From Longimicrobiales bacterium (GTDB taxonomy: Bacteria; Gemmatimonadota; Gemmatimonadetes; Longimicrobiales; Gaopeijiaceae): a stretch of 64,000 nt of DNA. Location of the stretch: NCBI GenBank assembly GCA_965223235.1, contig CBDCVV010000016.1, positions 92,108-156,107 on the forward strand. Direction: 5' to 3'. The position numbers were made by a program, and so were the translations under genes. Below the pieces are notes generated by a model. It had not been told where the DNA came from, did no database searches, and saw only the letters and a list, made by a program, of their open reading frames with translations. The stretch's first letter is position 1. Every line of letters starts with the position of its first letter. Shown here piece by piece: positions 18,598 to 24,837 of this stretch.

Positions 18598-21243
18598 CTA
18601 CTCCGATCGCAGCGCAACAACGGGCGATACCCGGACGGCCCGAGCGGCGGGCAGCACCGAGGCCGCGATCGCCGACGCTCCCAGCGCAAGGGATCCGAAC
18701 AGCACCGTAACCACCTCGGCCGCTCCGACACCATAGACGAACGATTCGATGACCCGGGTCGAACCCCACACACCCACGAGCCCGAACCCGATGCCCCAGA
18801 TGGCCAGCCGCACACCACGCTTCAACACCAAGCTCACGATCCCACCCCCAGCTGCTCCGAGTGCCATCCGAATTCCGAGCTCGCGGACGCGCCGAGAGAC
18901 GAAGTAGGAAACCGTACCGTAGATCCCTGCCGCCGCCAGAAAGAGCGCCGCGATCGCGAATACGGCGACCAGCGTGGTATAGAAGCGTCGTTGGGCCAAG
19001 GCCCGATCGACCCGCTCCGCCATAGTGCGTATCGCACCGGGGGGCTGCGTCGGGTCGACGGCCGCGACCGCCCCACGGACGCCATTGACGATCTCGACCG
19101 GATCCACGTCTGCTCCTATCACAACGAAGCCGGAACCACTCCAACCCTGGTTGAACGGGAGATAGGCTTCGCTGAGCGGCTCCTGCTCCATACCCCACTG
19201 ACGGACGGTGGCGACCACTCCGACCACTGTTAGCCACGGTGGGTTCGAGTCGAAGCCGAACTGCTTGCCGATGGGGTCCTCTCCCGGCCATACGTCCTCA
19301 GCCATCTGCTGGTTGATCAGGACACCCACGGCACCCGTGGCCGTGTCCGCTGCCTCCAGCAAGCGTCCCCTGAGGAGCGGGATACCCATGGCTTGGAAGT
19401 AGTCACCGAATACGCTCGAGACCTCGACGAGCGGCCCCTCACTACTACTGGCTCGAGTAGGGGCGTCCGCGAGCTGGACATTGCCGTTCGACCCTCCGGC
19501 TAGAGGCAGCTTGCTTACGAAGCCGACCTCTCGTACACCCGGAATCGCGTCGACCTCGTCAAGGATCTCCTCGTAGAACCGCTGCATGGCTCCACTGGCC
19601 TCGTACCGAGGGCCCGAGGCGTTGAGGGCCATCGTCAAGACCCCCCGAGTAGAGAAGCCCTGCTCCTGCCCCCTGACGTTCGCGTAGCTGCTGACGAGCA
19701 CCCCAGCGGCGTTGACCAAGATCAAGCCGACCGCGATCTGCACGACGATGAAGGTGTCACGCATGCGCTCCTTCTTCGGAGCCAGCGTCGAATGGCCGCC
19801 CTCCTTCACTCCGGAGGCGACGTCGGTCCGGGAGGCCAGGAGGGCAGGTAGGACGCCGAATACCAGCGACGTCGCTACGGAGGCGGCCACCGCAAAGAGT
19901 AGAACCGTTCCGTCGACACCGATCTGGTCGACACGGGGCACTGTAGGTGGGAGCAGGGATCGGAGTCGGTCAACGGCAAAGAAGGCCACTCCGATCCCAC
20001 CGACTGCCGCGATCGCCGAGAGAACAACGCTTTCGGCGAAGAGGAGACGGACCAGAGTGCGCCGGGAAGCCCCGAGGGCCGTCCGCACCGCCAGCTCACC
20101 CTCTCGCCCGGCTGCACGCGCCAGCAGAAGTCCGGCGACATTCGCACATGCGATGATGAGAACGAGAGCGGCAGCGGCCAGCAGCGTTCTGAACTGGGTG
20201 CCAGCCTCCCCATATCGATACTCGTGCGCGGTCTGCACGAGTGCGCCCCAGCCGCTGTTCGTTTCCGGATACTCGGCTTCGAGCTCAGCGGCGATGCGTT
20301 GCATATCCGCTCGCCCTGACTCAACGGGCACTCCGTCGCGGAGTCGAGCGATGACCGGATAGCTGTGGTTACCACGGCCCCCGTCGAAGAGCTCGTTGGG
20401 AAAGGGAGTGAAGAGCTCGTGGCTTCTGAGGCTACCCCAAGGCGAGGGGACGTCGAACCCCTCCGGCATGACACCCACGACCTCGTGCACCTCGCCGTTG
20501 ATCTCGAGACCTTCGCCGAGGGCGCCGGGCCGACTGTCGAAGAGTCGCCGCCAAAGAGCGTGGGTCAGAACAACAACCCTCGCTCCGTTCTGATCAGACT
20601 CCAACAGCGGCCGCCCATGGAGAGGCGGCACCTCCAGGACGTCGAAGGCGCTCCCGGTCACGGCGGTTCCATATACACGCTCGGCTTTATCGAGTCCGGT
20701 GAGATTGAAGAACCCGGGTCGAAGTGCAGCCATGCCTTCGAAGCTCCGCTGGCGTTCGACGAAGTCGAGGTAGTCCGGTCCGGATGCAGGGCCGCAGCAC
20801 CCGAAGGCCCCGAGCCCCATGACGACGACGATCTCCTCCGACTCTGGAAGGTCCAGAGGGTCGAGGAAGACCGCCTTGTACACACCGAAGAGTGAGGTCG
20901 TGAAGCCGACACCGACGGCGAGTGTCACCGCGATTGTGGCTGAAAATCCAGGGCGCCTAAGAAGCGCCCGTAGTGCTAGTCGAAGATCGTTTCCCCACAT
21001 GGCTATCCCCTCCCCCATCGGTTCTTCGCGCCGGAAGGCGTCGGCCTGTTCCGAGCACCAGGCGCGGAAGGCGGGCGCGAGCGACCGCACCGCCTGAGCG
21101 CGGTACCAAGCCCGCGCGGCGTGCTTACCGCGATGGGCGTGTCGCCGCCGGTACTCTTCCTCCGCGTCACCTCGGACTGCGTCGCGGTCCTCTGGGGCGA
21201 GGAATCTCCCAAGTAGCCACACCCACACCCTTCCCGGCTTCAC
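18598..21243 (-). CDS. duplicated FtsX/MacB-like ABC permease (ADOP-type)
   Basis: 881 aa from a GTG start with a GGGAGG RBS. Two MacB-periplasmic-plus-FtsX modules. The N-terminal leader (LAPEDRDAVRGDAEEEY) is typical of PadR-linked permeases. Confidence 0.85.
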   Translation of the reverse strand: MKPGRVWVWLLGRFLAPEDRDAVRGDAEEEYRRRHAHRGKHAARAWYRAQAVRSLAPAFRAWCSEQADAFRREEPMGEGIAMWGNDLRLALRALLRRPGFSATIAVTLAVGVGFTTSLFGVYKAVFLDPLDLPESEEIVVVMGLGAFGCCGPASGPDYLDFVERQRSFEGMAALRPGFFNLTGLDKAERVYGTAVTGSAFDVLEVPPLHGRPLLESDQNGARVVVLTHALWRRLFDSRPGALGEGLEINGEVHEVVGVMPEGFDVPSPWGSLRSHELFTPFPNELFDGGRGNHSYPVIARLRDGVPVESGRADMQRIAAELEAEYPETNSGWGALVQTAHEYRYGEAGTQFRTLLAAAALVLIIACANVAGLLLARAAGREGELAVRTALGASRRTLVRLLFAESVVLSAIAAVGGIGVAFFAVDRLRSLLPPTVPRVDQIGVDGTVLLFAVAASVATSLVFGVLPALLASRTDVASGVKEGGHSTLAPKKERMRDTFIVVQIAVGLILVNAAGVLVSSYANVRGQEQGFSTRGVLTMALNASGPRYEASGAMQRFYEEILDEVDAIPGVREVGFVSKLPLAGGSNGNVQLADAPTRASSSEGPLVEVSSVFGDYFQAMGIPLLRGRLLEAADTATGAVGVLINQQMAEDVWPGEDPIGKQFGFDSNPPWLTVVGVVATVRQWGMEQEPLSEAYLPFNQGWSGSGFVVIGADVDPVEIVNGVRGAVAAVDPTQPPGAIRTMAERVDRALAQRRFYTTLVAVFAIAALFLAAAGIYGTVSYFVSRRVRELGIRMALGAAGGGIVSLVLKRGVRLAIWGIGFGLVGVWGSTRVIESFVYGVGAAEVVTVLFGSLALGASAIAASVLPAARAVRVSPVVALRSE

Positions 21244-21323
21244 CCGTACCTCCCGTCGGCATCATATGCGACACAGTGTATCATATACATCTAGACACGA
21301 CAATCGTCGATTGGGTTGCGAGC

Positions 21324-22001
21324 GGGTAGGCGGAGGGTCACCGAGTGGGCGCCTCGGCTCGAACCCTCGACCTAGGTGCGGGGGTTCTCTCGACGGGCAG
21401 GTATGCAAAACCCTCTCAGATCTTGCGCGATCTGAAGGGGCTTCAGCGGAATGCGAGGGATGGAGCTGCGGTCGGCTACGCCGATCCTCGCTCGTCTCGG
21501 CGAGGGGCGGGTAGGCGGAGGTCACCGAGTGGGCGCCTCGGCTCGAACCCCTCGACCAGGGTGCGGGGGTTCACCGACCTCCGGGCGGGCGTGCGAAAGC
21601 CCCTCAAGGCCAGAGACCTGAGGGGCTTTGACGGAGCGCGAGGGATGGAGCTGCGGTCGGCTACGCCGATCCTCGCTCGTCTCGGCGAGGGGCGGGTAGG
21701 TGGAGGTCACCGAGTGGGCGCCTCGGCTCGAACCCCTCGACCTAGGTGCGGGGGTTCTTTTGAATACCTGACGGTTATGTGAAAACCCCTCAGGCCAGAG
21801 ACCTGAGGGGCTTTTACGGAGCGCGAGGGATGGAGCTGCGGTCGGCTACGCCGATCCTCGCTCGTCTCGGCGAGGGGTGGGTAGGCGGAGGTCACCGAGT
21901 GGGCGCCTCGGCTCGAACCCCTCGACCAGGGTGCGGGGGTTCACCGACTTCCGGGCGGGCGTGCGAAGGCCCCTCAAGGCCAGAGACTTGAGGGGCTTTT
22001 A
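21324..22001 (-). repeat. tandem array of about 3.7 x 185-bp tRNA-Ser(CGA) echo units
   Basis: gggtaggcggagg recurs at 21324, 21509, 21694 and 21879. The tRNA 3' 15-mer cggagcgcgagggat recurs at 21447 (degenerate), 21632 and 21817, and the real gene starts at 22002. Confidence 0.9.
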
Positions 22002-22084
22002 CGGAGCGCGAGGGATTCGAACCCCCAAGTCCTTTCGGACGCTCGCTTTCGAGGCGAGTGCATTAGCCATTCTGCCAGCGCTCC
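22002..22084 (-). tRNA. tRNA-Ser (anticodon CGA)
   Basis: Manual cloverleaf: GGAGCGC acceptor, anticodon arm CUCGC-CUCGAAA-GCGAG, long variable arm GUCC-GAAA-GGAC, T arm GGGGG-UUCGAAU-CCCUC. No encoded CCA. Confidence 0.9.
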
Positions 22085-22161
22085 TGATACCGTAGCGCGG
22101 GCGCGGTGGGGATCGCGAATCCACGCGGTGCGGATAGTTAGGCCGGTGTGGAGGTTGATTG

Positions 22162-22231
22162 CGCGGCTCGAACCTGCGGTTCGAACCGGAACCACATACT
22201 GACTTTGTCTAATATCGGGGTGCCCGGATTC
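22162..22231 (-). repeat. echo of the tRNA-Pro(CGG) 3' end plus its downstream flank
   Basis: 22162-22231 parallels 22293-22362. The shared sequence is cggctcgaacctgcggttcgaacc...ctgact...taatatcggggtgcccggattc. Identity to the gene ends after ggattc, inside the T-loop. Confidence 0.8.
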
Positions 22232-22345
22232 ATCTCGCTCACGCTCGATGGTCTCGCGGTAACCAGTCTGACTGAAGCCGATGAAATGGGCCGCTCGGCT
22301 CGAACCTGCGGTTCGAACCCGGATCCACTTGCTGACTCTTCCTAA

Positions 22346-22419
22346 TCGGGGTGCCCGGATTCGAACCGGGGACCTCTGCGACCCGAACGCAGCGCTCTAC
22401 CGGACTGAGCCACACCCCG
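22346..22419 (-). tRNA. tRNA-Pro (anticodon CGG)
   Basis: CGGGGUG acceptor, anticodon arm CUGCG-UUCGGGU-CGCAG, T arm CCCGG-UUCGAAU-CCGGG. 74 nt. Confidence 0.9.
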
Positions 22420-22439
22420 GACTACTCGGGTACCTGCAC

Positions 22440-22633
22440 CGACGGGGTGGGATTGAGCTGCGGGCGGCCATGCCGCCCTCGCTCCACTCGCGAGTCACCA
22501 CAGCAGGTACTCGCGTAGACCACCTGTCGCTCGAGTCGAACTCACGCGGCATCCTGCTTCGCAGTCTGCGTGGGTTCGAACGGGAGGGTCGTCGTGACTC
22601 TCTCGTCCACATTCTTCAGTGACTCTTTCAGAA
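22440..22633 (-). repeat. tRNA-Ser(GGA) echo unit
   Basis: gacggggtgggatt at 22441-22454 equals the 3' end of the gene at 22634. It is followed by gagctgcg, a 7-bp hairpin gggcggc-cat-gccgccc and ctcgc-tccactc-gcgag. An inverted T-arm-like gcgtgggttcgaac lies further on. Confidence 0.8.
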
Positions 22634-22716
22634 CGGACGGGGTGGGATTCGAACCCACGCGGACAATGTCCACACGATTTCCAATCGTGCGCCTTAAGCC
22701 ACTCGGCCACCCGTCC
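22634..22716 (-). tRNA. tRNA-Ser (anticodon GGA)
   Basis: GGACGGG acceptor, D-loop GCCGAGUGG, anticodon arm CACGA-UUGGAAA-UCGUG, long variable arm, T arm GUGGG-UUCGAAU-CCCAC. Confidence 0.9.
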
Positions 22717-22754
22717 AAGATGCGGCCGCAGGACTTCTGGCCGACTCTCCCGTT

Positions 22755-22936
22755 GAGGGAGTGGGATGGGCTCGCTGCGCGAGCCGCGTCGCGGAGCACC
22801 AGGGTGGTGCTTCGCGTGTTCGGGCGGGCCGCTCGGCTCAAACCCACTGCCGTCCTCGCTTCGCGAGTCCGGGTGGGTTCGAACTGGATGGTCTTGCGAC
22901 CGAGTTCGTCCACATGGCTTCTCGCGATGCGTTCAA
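22755..22936 (-). repeat. tRNA-Ser(GCU) echo unit
   Basis: gagggagtgggat at 22755-22767 equals the 3' end of the gene at 22937. It is followed by a 7-bp hairpin ggctcgc-tgc-gcgagcc. The unit also contains gccgctcggctcaaaccc, ctcgc-ttc-gcgag, gggtgggttcgaac and tcgtccacat, shared with the Ser(GGA) unit. Confidence 0.8.
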
Positions 22937-23020
22937 CGGAGGGAGTGGGATTCGAACCCACGCGGTGCAAGCACCAACGCCTTAGCAGGGCGCCGCCTTA
23001 AGCCACTCGGCCATCCCTCC
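22937..23020 (-). tRNA. tRNA-Ser (anticodon GCU)
   Basis: GGAGGGA acceptor, anticodon arm GCGCC-CUGCUAA-GGCGU, long variable arm, T arm GUGGG-UUCGAAU-CCCAC. Confidence 0.9.
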
Positions 23021-23030
23021 CTTCGAGCTA

Positions 23031-23103
23031 TAGCCCTGCTAGGGCTCGAACCTAGACTCTTCGGAACCAGAATCCGACGTGTTGCCAGTTACACCACAGG
23101 GCT
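23031..23103 (-). tRNA. tRNA-Gln (anticodon CUG)
   Basis: AGCCCUG acceptor, anticodon arm UCGGA-UUCUGGU-UCCGA, T arm CUAGG-UUCGAGC-CCUAG. 73 nt. Confidence 0.88.
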
Positions 23104-23120
23104 AAGAAAACAAAACCGAG

Positions 23121-23193
23121 AGCCACCAGTCGGACTTGAACCGACGACCCCGTCATTACGAGTGACGTGCTCTACCAGCTGAGCTATGGTGGC
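23121..23193 (-). tRNA. tRNA-Thr (anticodon CGU)
   Basis: GCCACCA acceptor, anticodon arm CGUCA-CUCGUAA-UGACG, T arm GUCGG-UUCAAGU-CCGAC. Confidence 0.9.
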
Positions 23194-23202
23194 AACCAGA
23201 AG

Positions 23203-23275
23203 TGGAGCCGAGGGGAATCGAACCCCTGACCTCAGCGTTGCGAACGCTGCGCTCTCCCAACTGAGCTACGGCCCC
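23203..23275 (-). tRNA. tRNA-Ala (anticodon CGC)
   Basis: GGGGCCG acceptor with G3:U70, anticodon arm CAGCG-UUCGCAA-CGCUG, T arm AGGGG-UUCGAUU-CCCCU. Confidence 0.9.
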
Positions 23276-23345
23276 GTACACGCCGCCCGTAGGGGCGGGC
23301 CGAGGGACGTGAGCGGTCCATAGCCCACAGAACTCGGCAGATTCA

Positions 23346-23419
<74 letters not shown>

Positions 23420-23443
23420 GACACCCGACTGTCAGGTCCTTCA

Positions 23444-23517
23444 TGCGCCCGGGAGGACTCGAACCCCCAACCTCCTGATCCGTAGTCAGGCACTCTATCC
23501 AATTGAGCTACGGGCGC
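23444..23517 (-). tRNA. tRNA-Arg (anticodon ACG)
   Basis: GCGCCCG acceptor, anticodon arm CCUGA-CUACGGA-UCAGG, T arm GGGGG-UUCGAGU-CCUCC. Confidence 0.9.
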
Positions 23518-23551
23518 TTTAACGCGAGCTCCGCCTTTGGACTCACGCCCC

Positions 23552-23682
23552 CTCTTGAGGGGTGAGACCCGAGTGCGTCGCAAGGCGGGCAAGGCGACGC
23601 GATCGAGGCGTACTCTTGTACGCCGCAGTGAGCGGAGACCGTAGCCCAACGCCGCGAGGCGCCGGAGATCACCCCTCAAGAG
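23552..23682 (-). other. 131-nt multi-stem structured spacer closed by 14-bp terminal inverted repeats
   Basis: ctcttgaggggtga (23552-23565) is the reverse complement of tcacccctcaagag (23669-23682). Internal 7-bp stems are gcgtcgc/gcgacgc and ggcgtac/gtacgcc. The element abuts the 3' end of tRNA-Leu(GAG). Confidence 0.6.
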
Positions 23683-23766
23683 TGCCCACGACAGGACTCG
23701 AACCTGTACGCCGTTTCCGGCACTGGTCCCTCAAACCAGCCTGTCTACCAATTTCAGCACGTGGGC
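23683..23766 (-). tRNA. tRNA-Leu (anticodon GAG)
   Basis: GCCCACG acceptor, anticodon arm CUGGU-UUGAGGG-ACCAG, long variable arm, T arm ACAGG-UUCGAGU-CCUGU. Confidence 0.9.
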
Positions 23767-23796
23767 TTATGAACTAACCGCCCGGGTGGGCGACAA

Positions 23797-23881
23797 TGCT
23801 CGAGGAGGGACTCGAACCCTCACGGGGTTAACCCCCACAGGGTCCTGAACCCTGCGCGTCTACCAATTCCGCCACCCGAGC
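23797..23881 (-). tRNA. tRNA-Leu (anticodon CAG)
   Basis: GCUCGGG acceptor, anticodon arm CAGGG-UUCAGGA-CCCUG, long variable arm, T arm GAGGG-UUCGAGU-CCCUC. Confidence 0.9.
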
Positions 23882-23923
23882 CCGCGATCGGTACTTCGGG
23901 CTTGCGGCGCCCGGGTTCCGACA

Positions 23924-23996
<73 letters not shown>

Positions 23997-24056
23997 CTCC
24001 ACACGACCTAGGGAGCCGCCTCCAGGGAGACGACTCCGTTTGTCAAATAACCTGAG

Positions 24057-24130
24057 CGGGGCTGACGAGACTCGAACTCGCGACCTCCGGTGTGACAGAC
24101 CGGCACTCTAACCGACTGAGCTACAGCCCC
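24057..24130 (-). tRNA. tRNA-Asp (anticodon GUC)
   Basis: GGGGCUG acceptor, anticodon arm CCGGU-CUGUCAC-ACCGG, T arm GCGAG-UUCGAGU-CUCGU. Confidence 0.9.
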
Positions 24131-24173
24131 AGGTTGTAAACAGCTGCCCTGCTTTTACTGCGGTCCTGCAAAA

Positions 24174-24245
24174 TACCCCGACGGGGAATTGAACCCCGAT
24201 TGCCAGGTTGAAAACCTGGTGTCCTAACCATTAGACGACCGGGGC
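24174..24245 (-). tRNA. tRNA-Glu (anticodon UUC)
   Basis: GCCCCGG acceptor (two G-U pairs), anticodon arm CCAGG-UUUUCAA-CCUGG, T arm CGGGG-UUCAAUU-CCCCG. Confidence 0.85.
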
Positions 24246-24261
24246 TCCTATTCCCGACGTA

Positions 24262-24334
24262 CAGGCCCGGAGGGACTCGAACCCCCAACCCCCGGTTTTG
24301 GAGACCGGTGCTCTACCAGTTGAGCTACGGACCT
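24262..24334 (-). tRNA. tRNA-Trp (anticodon CCA)
   Basis: AGGUCCG acceptor, anticodon arm CCGGU-CUCCAAA-ACCGG, T arm GGGGG-UUCGAGU-CCCUC. Confidence 0.9.
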
Positions 24335-24378
24335 CTAGCTCTCTTTTACCACATCCGCCGCGAGCGACGGTTTCCTCA

Positions 24379-24451
24379 TGGCCAGGGGCGGAATCGAACC
24401 GCCGACACCATGATTTTCAGTCATGTGCTCTACCAACTGAGCTACCTGGCC
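24379..24451 (-). tRNA. tRNA-Phe (anticodon GAA)
   Basis: GGCCAGG acceptor, anticodon arm CAUGA-CUGAAAA-UCAUG, T arm GGCGG-UUCGAUU-CCGCC. Confidence 0.9.
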
Positions 24452-24456
24452 CAGAC

Positions 24457-24491
24457 AAAAAACCCGCCCGGACCCTTTCGGCTCGGACGGG
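24457..24491 (-). terminator. rho-independent terminator inside the tRNA cluster
   Basis: Minus-strand read: CCCGUCCGAGCC-GAAA-GGGUCCGGGCGGG followed by UUUUUU, immediately upstream of tRNA-Phe. Confidence 0.7.
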
Positions 24492-24617
24492 AGTCAGCTC
24501 CGGAGAGATCGGTCTTACCGATCCTCCGCTCCCGCCCGCTGCCGCGGGCTCCACGAGTCGGAAACGATCCAGAGATCGGTACTTTGCACACCCGCTCCTT
24601 CAACGTTGCCGAACGTG
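24492..24617 (-). ncRNA. candidate small RNA between two terminator-like hairpins (unknown family)
   Basis: About 125 nt, bounded by the hairpin at 24618-24641 and the terminator at 24457-24491. Internal hairpins are cgatc-tctg-gatcg and gatcggt-aag-accgatc. No credible ORF and no match to SRP, 6S or tmRNA motifs that I can recall. Confidence 0.3.
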
Positions 24618-24641
24618 GGAAACGCCGCCCTTCGGCGGCGC
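24618..24641 (-). terminator. terminator-like hairpin just after tRNA-fMet
   Basis: Minus-strand read: CGCCGCC-GAAG-GGCGGCG followed by UUUCCC. 7-bp GC stem with a short U run. Confidence 0.45.
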
Positions 24642-24653
24642 TTCACAAACAAA

Positions 24654-24727
<74 letters not shown>

Positions 24728-24738
24728 ACAGGACGGAG

Positions 24739-24768
24739 AAGTTAGTCGAATCGCGGAGACGTGGTCAA
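24739..24768 (-). promoter_or_regulatory. candidate sigma70-type promoter for tRNA-fMet
   Basis: Minus-strand read: TTGACC, an 18-nt spacer, then TAACTT. The -10 hexamer ends 11 nt before the mature tRNA 5' end. Confidence 0.4.
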
Positions 24769-24837
24769 CCCGTTTCTTACGGCGGAAAGGAGCGCACATT
24801 GTACCCTGTCCGACTCCCACTAGGAGGGTGGTGACCG

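Noticed and set aside
18596-19291. N-terminal 232 aa of the 331-aa ORF 18296-19291.
   Set aside because: This part lies in an alternative frame of the permease gene. Only the terminal 99 aa form a recognisable PadR domain, with its own ATG directly after the permease stop.
21514-21583. Plus-strand cloverleaf-like fold in the echo units: 8-bp acceptor-like stem cggaggtc/gacctccg, D-like arm ccgag-tgggcgc-ctcgg.
   Set aside because: The closing stem exists only in two of the four units (B and D). The anticodon-like loop has 5 nt and the T arm is non-canonical. It is more likely tRNA-derived debris than a functional plus-strand tRNA.
21262-21895. Three head-to-tail minus-strand ORFs (87, 62 and 62 aa; MTSAYPPLAETSEDRRSRPQLHPS...). 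Each spans one 185-bp repeat unit and joins the next by a GTGA start/stop overlap.
   Set aside because: They follow automatically from the tandem repeat in high-GC DNA, where I estimate roughly a 1-in-4 chance of an open 62-codon frame. The start is GTG with no convincing RBS, and the product is Arg/Pro/Ser-rich low-complexity sequence. The variable part of the unit changes the peptide freely. Ribosome profiling would settle it.
21324-22001. Could the periodic array be a CRISPR locus?
   Set aside because: The units are 185 bp. The conserved part (~125 nt) is much longer than the variable part. No 24-40-bp direct repeat alternates with unique spacers, and no cas genes are in the window.
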